DNA of 64,000 nt from an uncultured Holophaga sp. GTDB taxonomy: Bacteria > Acidobacteriota > Holophagae > Holophagales > Holophagaceae. Within the stretch, counting starts at the first letter, position 1, and every line of letters starts with the position of its first letter. The notes below the pieces were generated by a model. The model was not told where the DNA came from. It did not search any database and worked only from the letters and a program-made list of their open reading frames with translations. Location: positions 2,272,001-2,336,000 of the forward strand of contig OY761614.1 in NCBI GenBank assembly GCA_963664825.1, written 5' to 3'. This document shows positions 11,504 to 21,400 of this stretch, one piece after another. The position numbers and the translations under genes were made by a program.

Positions 11504-12296
11504 CTCGAAACTCCCGAGGATCGTCCTCGTCCTCCTCTTCAGCCTACTGGCTTGGAGCCAAAGCCCAAACCCCGTTGCGCTGAAATCCGCGGCACCTCGC
11601 CTCCGGATCGCCGTGGACCCCGGTCATGGGGGGGAGGACCAGGGCGCCAGGGGCTCCAAGGGGCTGCGGGAGAAGGATGCGGCCCTGGATCTGGCCCGAC
11701 AGCTCAAGATCGCCCTGGAGGAGGCGGGTTTCGAAGCCCTGTTGACCCGGGAGGACGATACCTTCATCCCCCTGTGGGATCGCGCCCGGAAGGCCAACGA
11801 GGCCGGGGCCGATCTCTTCCTCAGCCTCCACCTGAATGCGGCCAGATCAAGGCACGCCAAGGGCTCCGAAGTCTTTTTCCTGAGCCTGGATCAGGGGGAT
11901 AGCGATGCGGCGGAGGTGGCGGCCCAGGAAAATGCGGGCGCCGGGGATAGGCCCGTGCAGGACACGGTCCTGGCCAGCATCCTGGAGGATCTGGCCCAGA
12001 AGGCCTATCTACAGGAATCCGAGCGCCTGGCCGTCCATATCCAGACCCAGCTCAATCATCTGGGGGGCATCAAGGAGCGGGGCGTCAAGCAGGCCCCCTT
12101 CGTGGTGCTGCGCGGTGCGGCCATGCCCGCCGTGCTGGTGGAGGCCGCCTTCATCTCCAATCCCAAGGAGGAACTCAGGCTTCGGGATGGGGCCTATCAT
12201 CGGAAGGTGGCCGAATGCATCGTCCAGGGTGTACGTCGATTTTTTGCAGCAGGCAGTAGCACCCCCCGGCGCAGGGCCGCGGACCAGGGGTGGTGA
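11481..12296 (+). CDS. N-acetylmuramoyl-L-alanine amidase (Amidase_3) with signal peptide
   Basis: AVDPGHGGEDQGA, EKD, LTREDD, LFLSLHLNA, VLVEAAFISNPKE. Start uncertain (GTG 11481 or TTG 11463); both overlap the hisS 5' end. Confidence 0.9.
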   Translation: MPLTACAISKLPRIVLVLLFSLLAWSQSPNPVALKSAAPRLRIAVDPGHGGEDQGARGSKGLREKDAALDLARQLKIALEEAGFEALLTREDDTFIPLWDRARKANEAGADLFLSLHLNAARSRHAKGSEVFFLSLDQGDSDAAEVAAQENAGAGDRPVQDTVLASILEDLAQKAYLQESERLAVHIQTQLNHLGGIKERGVKQAPFVVLRGAAMPAVLVEAAFISNPKEELRLRDGAYHRKVAECIVQGVRRFFAAGSSTPRRRAADQGW

Positions 12297-12358
12297 CCTG
12301 GATTATGCTTTTCTGGCACTCTGACCGATAGGAACTCTACCCGCTTGACTGGAGCTTG

Positions 12359-13777
12359 ATGGACCCCCACCGCATCCTCATCGTTGATGATGAACAAGAC
12401 TTCAGGACCCTCCTGGTGGAGGCGCTGGAGTCCATGGGCTATTCCACCATGGGTGCCGAGAGCGCCGAGGCGGCTCTGGAGCTCGTGCGTCAGCACCACT
12501 TCGCGGTCATATTCACGGACCTCAATATGCCCGGGGGCCAATCGGGCCTCGAACTGCTCAAGGCCATCCAGGAGTGCGACCCCAAGACCTTCACCATCCT
12601 GATGACGGGGTACGCCACCACCGAGGCGGCCGTCCAGGCTCTCAAGCGCGGTGCCTACGATTTCATCCAGAAGCCCTTCAAGCTCGCCGAGTTGGAGGCC
12701 AGCCTCGTGCGGGCCCTGGGGCACTACCGCACCCTCCGGGAGAACGAGGCCTACCAGACCCGCCTCGAAGAGATGGTCATGGAGCGTACCCAGGAGATCC
12801 TGGGGCTCAAGGAGGAGATCGAGAAGCTCTTCGAAGGCTTCGTGCAGGCCTCCGTAACTGCCATTGAGGCCCGGGACCCCAGCACCAGCGGCCATAGCAG
12901 CCGCGTGGCGGACCTGACGGTGGGGCTGGCCGAGGTGGTGAACCGCACCCCCAGCGGGGTCTACGGTTCCATCCGCTTCAACGATCAGCAACTCAAGGAA
13001 ATTCGCTACGCCAGTCTCCTGCATGATTTCGGCAAGGTCGGCGTGCGGGAGCAGGTGCTGGTCAAGGCCAAGAAACTGCATCCCGAGCGGTTGGAACGGA
13101 TCTTCCAGCGCCTCTATCAGCGGGATCTGGAGATCTCCCTGGCGATGCTGGAAAGGGCCTGGAAGGAGGGGGCCGCCCCTGACGAGCGGAGCTTCCAGCG
13201 GATGCTCGAGGCCCGGCGGGTGGAGAGTCGGCGCTTGGTGGATCTGATCGCCCGTTGCAACGAGCCCCAGGTCCTGCCCCGGGAGGTGGCCGACCGCATG
13301 GACGAACTGGAGGTCCTGGAATTCACCCACCACGAGGGTCAATCGGAACGCATCCTGGAGCCCTCGGACCTGAAGGCGCTGCGCATCCCCAAGGGCAGCC
13401 TCTCGCCGGAGGAACGCGACGAGATCAATAGCCACGTCACCCATACCTTCCGGTTCCTCAGTCAGATCCCCTGGACTTCGGGACTGGCGGACCTGCCGGA
13501 GATCGCTTACGACCACCACGAGCGTCTCAACGGCATGGGCTACCCCCGGGGACTCCAGTCCGCCCAGATCCCCGTCCAGAGCAAACTCATGGCCGTGGCC
13601 GATGTGTATGATGCCCTGGTGGCGGCGGATCGTCCTTACAAAGCCGCGGTCTCGGTGCCTCGGAGCCTGGAGATCCTGGAAGACGAGACTCGGGCCGGCC
13701 TGCTGGATGCCGAGGTGTTCCGCCTCTTCACGGAGGCCAAGGTCTTCGAACTCACCCTCCACCGGATTCGGGGCTGA
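12359..13777 (+). CDS. Response regulator with HD-GYP c-di-GMP phosphodiesterase domain
   Basis: REC domain (ILIVDDE, TDLNMPG, KPF), then ARDPSTSGHSSRVA, LLHDFGKVG, HHERLNGMGYPRGL, VADVYDAL. Confidence 0.92.
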   Translation: MDPHRILIVDDEQDFRTLLVEALESMGYSTMGAESAEAALELVRQHHFAVIFTDLNMPGGQSGLELLKAIQECDPKTFTILMTGYATTEAAVQALKRGAYDFIQKPFKLAELEASLVRALGHYRTLRENEAYQTRLEEMVMERTQEILGLKEEIEKLFEGFVQASVTAIEARDPSTSGHSSRVADLTVGLAEVVNRTPSGVYGSIRFNDQQLKEIRYASLLHDFGKVGVREQVLVKAKKLHPERLERIFQRLYQRDLEISLAMLERAWKEGAAPDERSFQRMLEARRVESRRLVDLIARCNEPQVLPREVADRMDELEVLEFTHHEGQSERILEPSDLKALRIPKGSLSPEERDEINSHVTHTFRFLSQIPWTSGLADLPEIAYDHHERLNGMGYPRGLQSAQIPVQSKLMAVADVYDALVAADRPYKAAVSVPRSLEILEDETRAGLLDAEVFRLFTEAKVFELTLHRIRG

Positions 13778-13779
13778 AC

Positions 13780-14736
13780 ATGCTGCCTGAATCCGTGCTC
13801 CTGGTTGATGACGAAGTTGAACTCCGGACTTCGTTGCGGGAGGCCCTCGAGGCTGATGGCTATCAGGTGGACGATGCCGATAGCGCGCCTTCAGCCCTGG
13901 CCAAGATACGTCAGCGACACTACTCGGTCATCATCACGGACCTGAAGATGCCCGGAGGGCTCTCCGGGCTCGATCTCATCGCGGCGGTGAAGGCCCGGGA
14001 TCCCAAGACCCTCTGCATCATCGTCACGGGCTTTGCCACCTTGAAGGACTCCATCGAGGCCCTCAAGCGCGGCGCCTACGATTTCCTCCAGAAGCCCTTC
14101 AAGTTGGAGGAACTGGAGGCCGTATTGGATCGCGCCCTGGACCATGCCCGGCTCCAGGCCCAGGTGGATGCCTATCAGCGGGATCTGGAGACCCGGGTCC
14201 TGGCGCGGGTGGGGGCGCTGAAGGCCTTTCATGGTGAGGCGCTGCGCCTCAATGCGCTGTTGCGCGAGGCCCTCAATGAGAGCGAAGAGAGGCCCATGCT
14301 GAGGCCCTTCCTCGAATACCTGAAGGAGCGCTTCGGCCCGGATGGCTGGGCCCTGCTGCTGCAGGGGGAGGGCGGGACCTGGAACCTGCTGGAATGCCGC
14401 GGAGATTGTCCGGATTCAGGCTTTGAAGGCCTGCTCAATTCCGAAGATCTCACCGAAATCCGCGAATGGGGCTGGGGGGGCGGTTATCCGGACGGCTATC
14501 TGGTGCCTCTCCGCCAGGGCGCCCACACCCTGGCGGTGCTCTACCTGGGCTTCCGGGCGCGGTCCACCTTCCAGCCGGAGGACCCGGCCTTCGAACTCTG
14601 GCGCAGCCAGGTGGTGGCGGCCCTCCAGGCGCTCCAACGGGCCCGCGCCTGGGCGGGTGGATCTTCCGGTGCGAACCCCATTGCCAAAGCTGAAAACGCA
14701 CCACGGAGACACGAAGGGAACGGGAACCATTCATGA
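13780..14736 (+). CDS. Response regulator (REC plus uncharacterised, possibly GAF-like, C-terminal region)
   Basis: VLLVDDE, TDLKMPG, GAYDFLQKPF; REC domain closely paralogous to the upstream gene. Confidence 0.85.
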   Translation: MLPESVLLVDDEVELRTSLREALEADGYQVDDADSAPSALAKIRQRHYSVIITDLKMPGGLSGLDLIAAVKARDPKTLCIIVTGFATLKDSIEALKRGAYDFLQKPFKLEELEAVLDRALDHARLQAQVDAYQRDLETRVLARVGALKAFHGEALRLNALLREALNESEERPMLRPFLEYLKERFGPDGWALLLQGEGGTWNLLECRGDCPDSGFEGLLNSEDLTEIREWGWGGGYPDGYLVPLRQGAHTLAVLYLGFRARSTFQPEDPAFELWRSQVVAALQALQRARAWAGGSSGANPIAKAENAPRRHEGNGNHS

Positions 14737-15746
14737 CGCGAAATGCCGCTTTCGATATCCTCTGGACCGGTTTCGAGGGCCTCGAGGCCCAGGATGTGAA
14801 GGGGCCACAGCCGGGAGCCGTGATTCTCTTCGCCCGGAACCTGGACCCGGATCCTGTCACGGGTCCTGAACGCTGCCACGGCCTCATCGCTGGCCTCCAG
14901 TCCCGGTGGGGGGCCGAGCTGCCCCTGGCGGTGGCCCTGGACCAGGAGGGCGGGGCGGTCTCTCGGCTCAAGGGATGGGTGGGATCGACGCCGGATTTCC
15001 ATCGAATCTGGGAGCGGGGCGGCGGGGCCGCGTGCGCCCGTTGGGGTGGGCTCTGGGGTCGGGGCCTCCGGCTCCTGGGCTTCAGCGTGGATTTGGCGCC
15101 CGTGGCCGACCTCTGGGACGGAGTATTGGGGGATCGCTGCGCCAGCGCCGAACCTCTCGCCGTGGCCGAGGCGGCGGGTTCCTTCCTTAATGGGCTCGAG
15201 GCCACGGGTGTGCGGGGCTGCCTGAAACATTTCCCCGGCCTGGGCGGAACCCGGGTGGATAGTCATCAGGCCCTGCCGGAGCTGCGGGACATGGCCCAGA
15301 TTGACCGGAATCTCCAGCCCTTTCGGGCCCTCAGCCACCGGGAACGGCTCGTGATGGTGGCCCATCTCAAGACGCCCGGCACCTGTGGCCTGCCGGCGAG
15401 CCTGCATCGGGGTTCGGTGGCGAGCAATCCCTGGAGCATCCGGGGGCGCTGGATCCCCGATGACCTGGAAATGGGCGGCTGTCGGGATTGGGCTTGGGAG
15501 GATCGGGTCCGGCTCTGTCTGGAGGCCGGCCACGAAGCGCTCCTGGTGTGTCAGACGGAAGAGGGCATGGGTGCCTGCGCCGAGGCTCTGGCCTCGCTGC
15601 CGGAAAAATGCTGGGCCCAGGCCCGGGAGCGCTTCCTGACATTGCGGAGGAATCTGTTGCCCCCGCCCACGGGAGCCTTCGATCGCCTGGCCTGGGAGGC
15701 CTGGCTCGCCGAGGTCCGGCTGGAGGCTGCTGTCTTCGCAGGCTAG
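14733..15746 (+). CDS. Glycoside hydrolase family 3, NagZ-like beta-N-acetylhexosaminidase
   Basis: VILFARN, DQEGGAVSRL, APVAD, KHFPGLGGTRVDSH (Asp-His dyad) and DDLEM nucleophile region. Confidence 0.82.
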   Translation: MTRNAAFDILWTGFEGLEAQDVKGPQPGAVILFARNLDPDPVTGPERCHGLIAGLQSRWGAELPLAVALDQEGGAVSRLKGWVGSTPDFHRIWERGGGAACARWGGLWGRGLRLLGFSVDLAPVADLWDGVLGDRCASAEPLAVAEAAGSFLNGLEATGVRGCLKHFPGLGGTRVDSHQALPELRDMAQIDRNLQPFRALSHRERLVMVAHLKTPGTCGLPASLHRGSVASNPWSIRGRWIPDDLEMGGCRDWAWEDRVRLCLEAGHEALLVCQTEEGMGACAEALASLPEKCWAQARERFLTLRRNLLPPPTGAFDRLAWEAWLAEVRLEAAVFAG

Positions 15747-15785
15747 GCTTCCGCTATTCTGATCTGGAATCCACGAGGAGTAACC

Positions 15786-16382
15786 ATGGTCGCACGCGCC
15801 TACTACCCACCCATCGTCATCGAGGAGACGCCTCGCGGTGAGCGCAGCTACGACATCTATTCCCGCCTGCTCAAGGACAACATCATCTTCCTGGGCACGG
15901 CCATCGACGATACCGTGGCCAACGCCCTCGTGGCCCAGATGCTCTTCCTGGAATCCGAGGACCCGGACAAGGACATCCAGATCTACATCAACAGCCCCGG
16001 CGGCAGCGTGACGGCGGGACTGGCTATCTACGACACCATGCAGTTCGTGAAGAACGATATCGTCACCTACTGCATCGGCCAGGCCGCCAGCATGGGTGCG
16101 GTGTTGCTCTCCGCTGGCACCAAGGGCAAGCGTTTCGCCCTGCCCAATAGCCGCATCATGATCCACCAGCCCTCGGGGGGCGCCCAGGGCCAGGCCACGG
16201 AGATCGAGATCACCTACAAGGAGATCCAGCGTCTCAAGGACATGCTCACGGAGATCATGGCCAAGCATACGGGCCAGCCCCTGAAGAAGCTCCAGAAGGA
16301 CATGGATCGGGACTACTTCATGAGCGGCGCCGAGGCGCTGGAATACGGCCTCATCGACAAGGTCCTGGGCGAACGAGCCTGA
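15786..16382 (+). CDS. clpP: ATP-dependent Clp protease proteolytic subunit
   Basis: [54 protein letters not shown]. Confidence 0.97.
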   Translation: MVARAYYPPIVIEETPRGERSYDIYSRLLKDNIIFLGTAIDDTVANALVAQMLFLESEDPDKDIQIYINSPGGSVTAGLAIYDTMQFVKNDIVTYCIGQAASMGAVLLSAGTKGKRFALPNSRIMIHQPSGGAQGQATEIEITYKEIQRLKDMLTEIMAKHTGQPLKKLQKDMDRDYFMSGAEALEYGLIDKVLGERA

Positions 16383-16393
16383 GACTGATCCTG

Positions 16394-16496
16394 TCCGGGG
16401 GACCGGCTACGCCTACACCCCCGGACCCCCGCGCCCTCCCGCGGCGAAGCCTCGGGAGGGCTTGTGCTGTCTGAGTGACCGGCTGCGCCTACACCC
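16394..16496. repeat. REP-like GC-rich hairpin element downstream of clpP
   Basis: GACCGGCT(A/G)CGCCTACACC occurs twice (16401 and 16477), with stems CCGGGG...CCCCGG and GCCCTCCCG...CGGGAGGGC. Confidence 0.5.
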
Positions 16497-16668
16497 TATG
16501 ATGCTCAGCCTGCCGGGTCTGGGTCGCGAGGCTGCCTTGCAGCCTCGACTTCCCACCCGGCTAGGCTTCGCCCTTTTCGGAAAAACGTGGGAATGTTTTT
16601 TGTTGTCCTATTTGTTTATGAGGAATTTGTGTTTACACTTTGGGGGATCCTGGACAAGGGAGAGGGAC

Positions 16669-17484
16669 GTGTCGCTTCAGGCGCGGGATGAAATCTACAA
16701 TGAGGTGCTGGGCCTCTACATGCGGGGCTACCGCACAGCTTCGGCCATTATTGGCACCTATTATCTTCTGCTGATCCCCATGCATTTCGTGGCCCAGTCC
16801 CCGGGCGTGGGCCGACAGATGATCGTGCCCAACCTCCTCACGGCCGCGGTCTTCCTGGGCAGTTCCCTGGGCATCTACCGGGGGTGGATCCTGCCCCGCC
16901 AGTGGTCGCTGATCGCCATCACCTGCCTCCTGGCTCCCACGGCCAATCATCTCCTCCTGATGGGGCTCACCGGCAGGGTCGAACTCACCAGCGATCTCAT
17001 GCTGATCCTCACCGCCGCCAGCGTTGTGTCGCCCCGTTTGAAGCTGCACCTGATCATCCTGGGCTCCTGTCTCACGAGTTGGATCGTAGGCGTCCTGGTG
17101 GTGCACCCCAATGGCGATCGGCTGCACTGGGGCCTGGGGCTCCTGTCGGCCTCCCTCGTCTCCCTGGCCCTTCACAGCATCGTGAGTCGTCTCGCCTTGA
17201 CGCAGGCGCGGCTTCGGGTGCGGGATGCCCATCTGGCGGAAAACCAGAAGCGCATTACCCAGGAATTGCGGGAGGCCCTGGAGAACGTGCAGATCCTCCG
17301 GGGCCTGATCCCCATGTGCGGTCACTGCAAGAAGATTCGCGACGACAGCGGATATTGGACCCAGGTGGAGAACTATATCGAAGCCCGCTCCGAAGCCGAA
17401 TTCACCCACGGGATCTGCCCTGAGTGTGCGCACCAGCTCAAACGTGAATTCGAGGAACTCCTGCCCAAGACCGACGAGGGATGA
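16669..17484 (+). CDS. Multi-TM membrane protein with C-terminal Cys/His putative metal-binding domain
   Basis: About 5-6 hydrophobic helices, a coiled coil, then GLIPMCGHCKKIRDDSGYW...FTHGICPEC. GTG start at 16669 follows a purine-rich RBS; the ORF is open from 16462. Confidence 0.75.
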   Translation: MSLQARDEIYNEVLGLYMRGYRTASAIIGTYYLLLIPMHFVAQSPGVGRQMIVPNLLTAAVFLGSSLGIYRGWILPRQWSLIAITCLLAPTANHLLLMGLTGRVELTSDLMLILTAASVVSPRLKLHLIILGSCLTSWIVGVLVVHPNGDRLHWGLGLLSASLVSLALHSIVSRLALTQARLRVRDAHLAENQKRITQELREALENVQILRGLIPMCGHCKKIRDDSGYWTQVENYIEARSEAEFTHGICPECAHQLKREFEELLPKTDEG

Positions 17485-17540
17485 TCTGGCCCCGGGAGGG
17501 GCTTGTGCGGGTACCATGGAAGAATCCTATCGGGACATTC

Positions 17541-18413
17541 ATGGATTCCTGTTTTATCGCCAACCAGCAGATCCGCGCCGAATTCGTCGAGAAGGGGGCG
17601 GAGCTGCGGCGCTTCCTGCCGATCCAGGGACCGGATCTGCTCTGGAACGGAGACCCCGCAGTCTGGGGGCGGGTTTCCCCCGTGCTCTTCCCCATCGTGG
17701 GGCAGCTGAAGGGCGATGTGCTGAGGCATGACGGACAGGCCTTTCCCATGGGGCGCCATGGTTTCGCCCGGGACCGGGTCTTCACCCTTGTGCGCCTGAG
17801 CCGGGAGAGCTGCACCTGGAGGCTGCGGGACGACGCCCAGAGCCGCGTCCAGTTCCCCTTTCCCTTCGAACTCTGGATCACCTACTCCGTGGAAGGGCCC
17901 GTGCTTCAGGCCGTCTTCGAGGTGCGCAATCCAGGCAAGGAACCCCTGCCCGCGAGCCTGGGGGCTCACCCTGCCTTCCGCTGGCCCCTGCCCGGCGCTG
18001 CCCGGGAGTCCCACCGCCTGGAGTTCCCCAAGGCCGAACCCGCGCCGATCTCGCGCCTCAGCGATGGGCTCTTGGATCCTCACCCCTATCCCAACCCAGT
18101 GGATGGCAAGGTGCTGCGGCTGCGGGATGATCTCTTCACCCAGGATGCCCTCATCTTCGATCAGCTCCAGAGCCGCGCGCTGCGCTACCTGGCGCCGGGG
18201 GCGCTGGGCCTCGAAATGAGTTGGGAGGGCTTCCAACAGCTGGGACTCTGGACCAAGCCCGGGGCCGGTTTTCTCTGCATCGAACCCTGGGCGGGCACGG
18301 CGAGCCCCGTGAGCTTTGATGGCGAGTTCCGGGAGAAACCCGGAATCTTCAGGGTGGAACCCGGGGGCCGCCGTCTCTTCCGCTGGAGTGTCCAGGTCCT
18401 TCCTCAGGACTGA
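17541..18413 (+). CDS. Aldose 1-epimerase family protein
   Basis: GAEL, LLWNGDPAVWGRVSPVLFPIVG, HGFARD, GAHPAF, FLCIEPW motifs. Confidence 0.88.
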   Translation: MDSCFIANQQIRAEFVEKGAELRRFLPIQGPDLLWNGDPAVWGRVSPVLFPIVGQLKGDVLRHDGQAFPMGRHGFARDRVFTLVRLSRESCTWRLRDDAQSRVQFPFPFELWITYSVEGPVLQAVFEVRNPGKEPLPASLGAHPAFRWPLPGAARESHRLEFPKAEPAPISRLSDGLLDPHPYPNPVDGKVLRLRDDLFTQDALIFDQLQSRALRYLAPGALGLEMSWEGFQQLGLWTKPGAGFLCIEPWAGTASPVSFDGEFREKPGIFRVEPGGRRLFRWSVQVLPQD

Positions 18414-18487
18414 TGGTTCCAGGGCCCAATGCGCCGAAGGGAAGATAAATCGAATCTGCTCGATCGGCAGCAAAGGAACAGGGCTGA

Positions 18488-21400
18488 TTATCGTGGAAGC
18501 GGCTTCCCGAGGAGGCGTTCGATCTCCGCCCCGGCTAAGCAAAGTCCAAGCCGGGCCTGCATGGCCTCCAGTTGGGCTTTCGCCGCTGCGGCCCTGGCTT
18601 CTTCGAGCTTGGTGGGCGGGATGAGACCCGCCTCACGTTGATCCATAGCAATTCGTTGGCTCTCTGATTGGTATTGCGAAGCCTGGTCGGCAGCTTCAAG
18701 GAGCAATTTGGCATCCTCCAGCTTTCGATAGGCCTTTTCGATATCCAACCGAGCCCGATTTTCCACTCGCCGGAGATTCTCCTTGGCCTGGGATGATTCC
18801 GCCGTGCGCTGGTTGATGACGTGGCTGCGCTTCCCCCAGTCGAAGAGGTTCCAGGAGAGCTGCACACCGACGCTCGTGAAATCGCTCCGGAGGAAGGGGA
18901 CGCCGCTCTGGTTGGTGTATTTCACGAAGGCACTGATCTCGGGAATGTAATCCAGCTTGGCTGCACGAATCCCAACGAGTGATTTCTCATGGAGGGCCTT
19001 CGCGGATCGAACATCTGCATTGTCTCGGAGCATCTTGTCCAGCACGGAATCCAAGGGGGGAACGATCGGAGGTTGGATGTCCGCCGGGGAGAGTTCGATC
19101 CCTTCCTCCAGCGGGCATCCGATCAGTTCCTTCAGCTCGCCGACGAGATCCGCTTCCTGGTGCCGGGCGGCGATCTGCTTCTGGCGGGCCTGGAGGAGGG
19201 AGGCTCCCGAGCCCAGATCCAGGACTTTCAGGGCGTTGCCGGCCTTGACGGAGGCGCGGCTCTCCTCCTGGGCGGCCTCCACGGCCGCCACTTCAGTTCT
19301 GGACGCGGCCTGCTGCTGGCGGGCGATGAGGATCCCGAAATAGGTCTGCTGCACGGCCAGGCGGATCTCGCCTTCGGCCTTGGTGAGTTCCGCCTGGGCC
19401 GATTCCAGGTCCCTCTGGGCCGCCAGATCCCCCTGGCGCACCTTCAGGAGTTGAGTCAGCGGCTGTCCCAGCGTGAGGTTCCCGATGGACAGGTTGCGGG
19501 AGCCTTGGTCGAGGCTGACGTTTTGGGATGGGAAGGGGCCGATATCGGCCAGCGTGCCCAGGCCCCCCGCCGGGATGTTGACGAGACCTGAGGTGCTCGT
19601 GCGGCTCCAGTTCCAATCGCCCGTGAGCTGGGGCAGGTAGTCCGTCCGGGAGGCTTTCAGCCGGTGCCGGTTCTCCTCCACCTTGGCCCGGGCGATCCGC
19701 GTGACGGAACTCCGTTCGAGGGCCGATTCCAGGCAAGCTTGGAGCGTGAGGGGCTTGGGAGATTCGCACCAGGCCTGTGTTGCCACCGCAAGGCAGAGGA
19801 CCACAAGGGCCGTGCGCAGGCCCTTGACCCTGCGTTCCATGACGGTGACGTAGAGAACGGGCACCACGAGCAGGGTGAAGACCATGGAGCAGATGAGGCC
19901 CACGGCGATGACGCTGGCCAGGGGGCTCCAGAGCTTCGATCCGGAGAGGATCATGGGCAGCACGCCCACGGCCGCGGCCATGGTGGTCAGGAAGATCGGG
20001 CGCAGTCGCCGGGATCCGGCCTCCATGGCGGCCTCGGTGATGGTGGCTCCTGCCCTGCGGCGCTCCTTGATGTAGTCGACCAGGATGATGGCGTTGCGGA
20101 CCACGATGCCGCAGAGGCTGATCATCCCCATGAAGGCCGTGAACCCGAAGGGATTGGCCGTGACGACGAGTCCGAGCATGGCCCCCAGGAGCGACAGGGG
20201 AATGGAGGCCATGATGATCAGGGGCTCCTTGAGGTTCCGGAACTGGACCAGCAGGACGAGGAAGATGGCGAGCAGGCTGATGCCCAGGGCGATCATCATC
20301 ATGGGAAAGGTCTCTCCCTGGTTCTCGACCTCGCCACCTGATTCGATGCGAACCCCTGGAGGCAAAGTCAGTTTGGACACCCGTTGTCCGACCTTCGCCT
20401 GAAGCGCGGACGCATAGCACCCCGGCTTCACGAAGCTCCTCACCGTCAGTGTGGGCAGGCCGTTCCTGCGCACGAGGCGGCTGGGCTGCCATGCCGGATG
20501 CAGGGTGGCCACGGCCCCGAGAGGCAGGCTGCCCTGGGAAAGGGGGGACGTCATGGGGGCACCTCGGACGGCTCCGAAGCTCCCGCGATGCTGGGCATCG
20601 ATCCTCAGGATCACAGGCACCGCCCGGTCGCCCTCCCAGTAGGTGCTGACGGGGGCTCCTTCCAGTCCCCCTGCGAGGGTCTGGGCGATGCCCATGTGGG
20701 TGAGGCCGAGCCTATTGGCCAGCTCGGGGTTGATATCTACATTGACGAGCGGCGAATCGTTGAAGTGATCCGTGTGCACAAACAGGGATTCGGGACAGCC
20801 GCGCAGGATGTCTTCCACCTGGCGCCCCGCCTCCTTCACGCGCGCCGCATCGTCTCCGACGATCCGGAACTCGACCGGGGCCTCCATGACATCCCCCTGC
20901 TGAAGTTCCTTGACGATCACCAGCCCCTCGGGAGCAATCCGGGCCAGCTCCACCTGGAGCCGGTTGACCAGGCCTTCGGTCTTCTTCGCGTCCTTGGTAT
21001 TGACGACCATCTGCCCGTAGGCCGCATCCGGCTGCTGGGGGTTGACGTTGTAGTAGAAACGGGGGGCGCTCTCCCCGACGAAGGTCGCGAAATGATCGAT
21101 GTCCTTGTTCTGGGAAAGATGCCGCTCGATGTCCTGGAGCGCGGCCTGGGTCGCTTCGATCCGGGTGCCCTGGGGCATCCACAGATCGATGACGAACTGG
21201 TTTCGTTCGGCACTGGGGAAGAACTGTTCGGGAACGACCGCGAACAGCAGGGCCCCGAGGGCGATGCCGAGGGCTCCGAAGCCCAGGGTCAGGGCCTTGC
21301 GGCGCATGGTGAACGCGATGGCTTTCCCGTACTGTGCCTGAATCCAGTCCAGGAGATTGAATTTCTTCGTTCCTGCCTGGCTCGAGGTGGAGGCCTGGAT

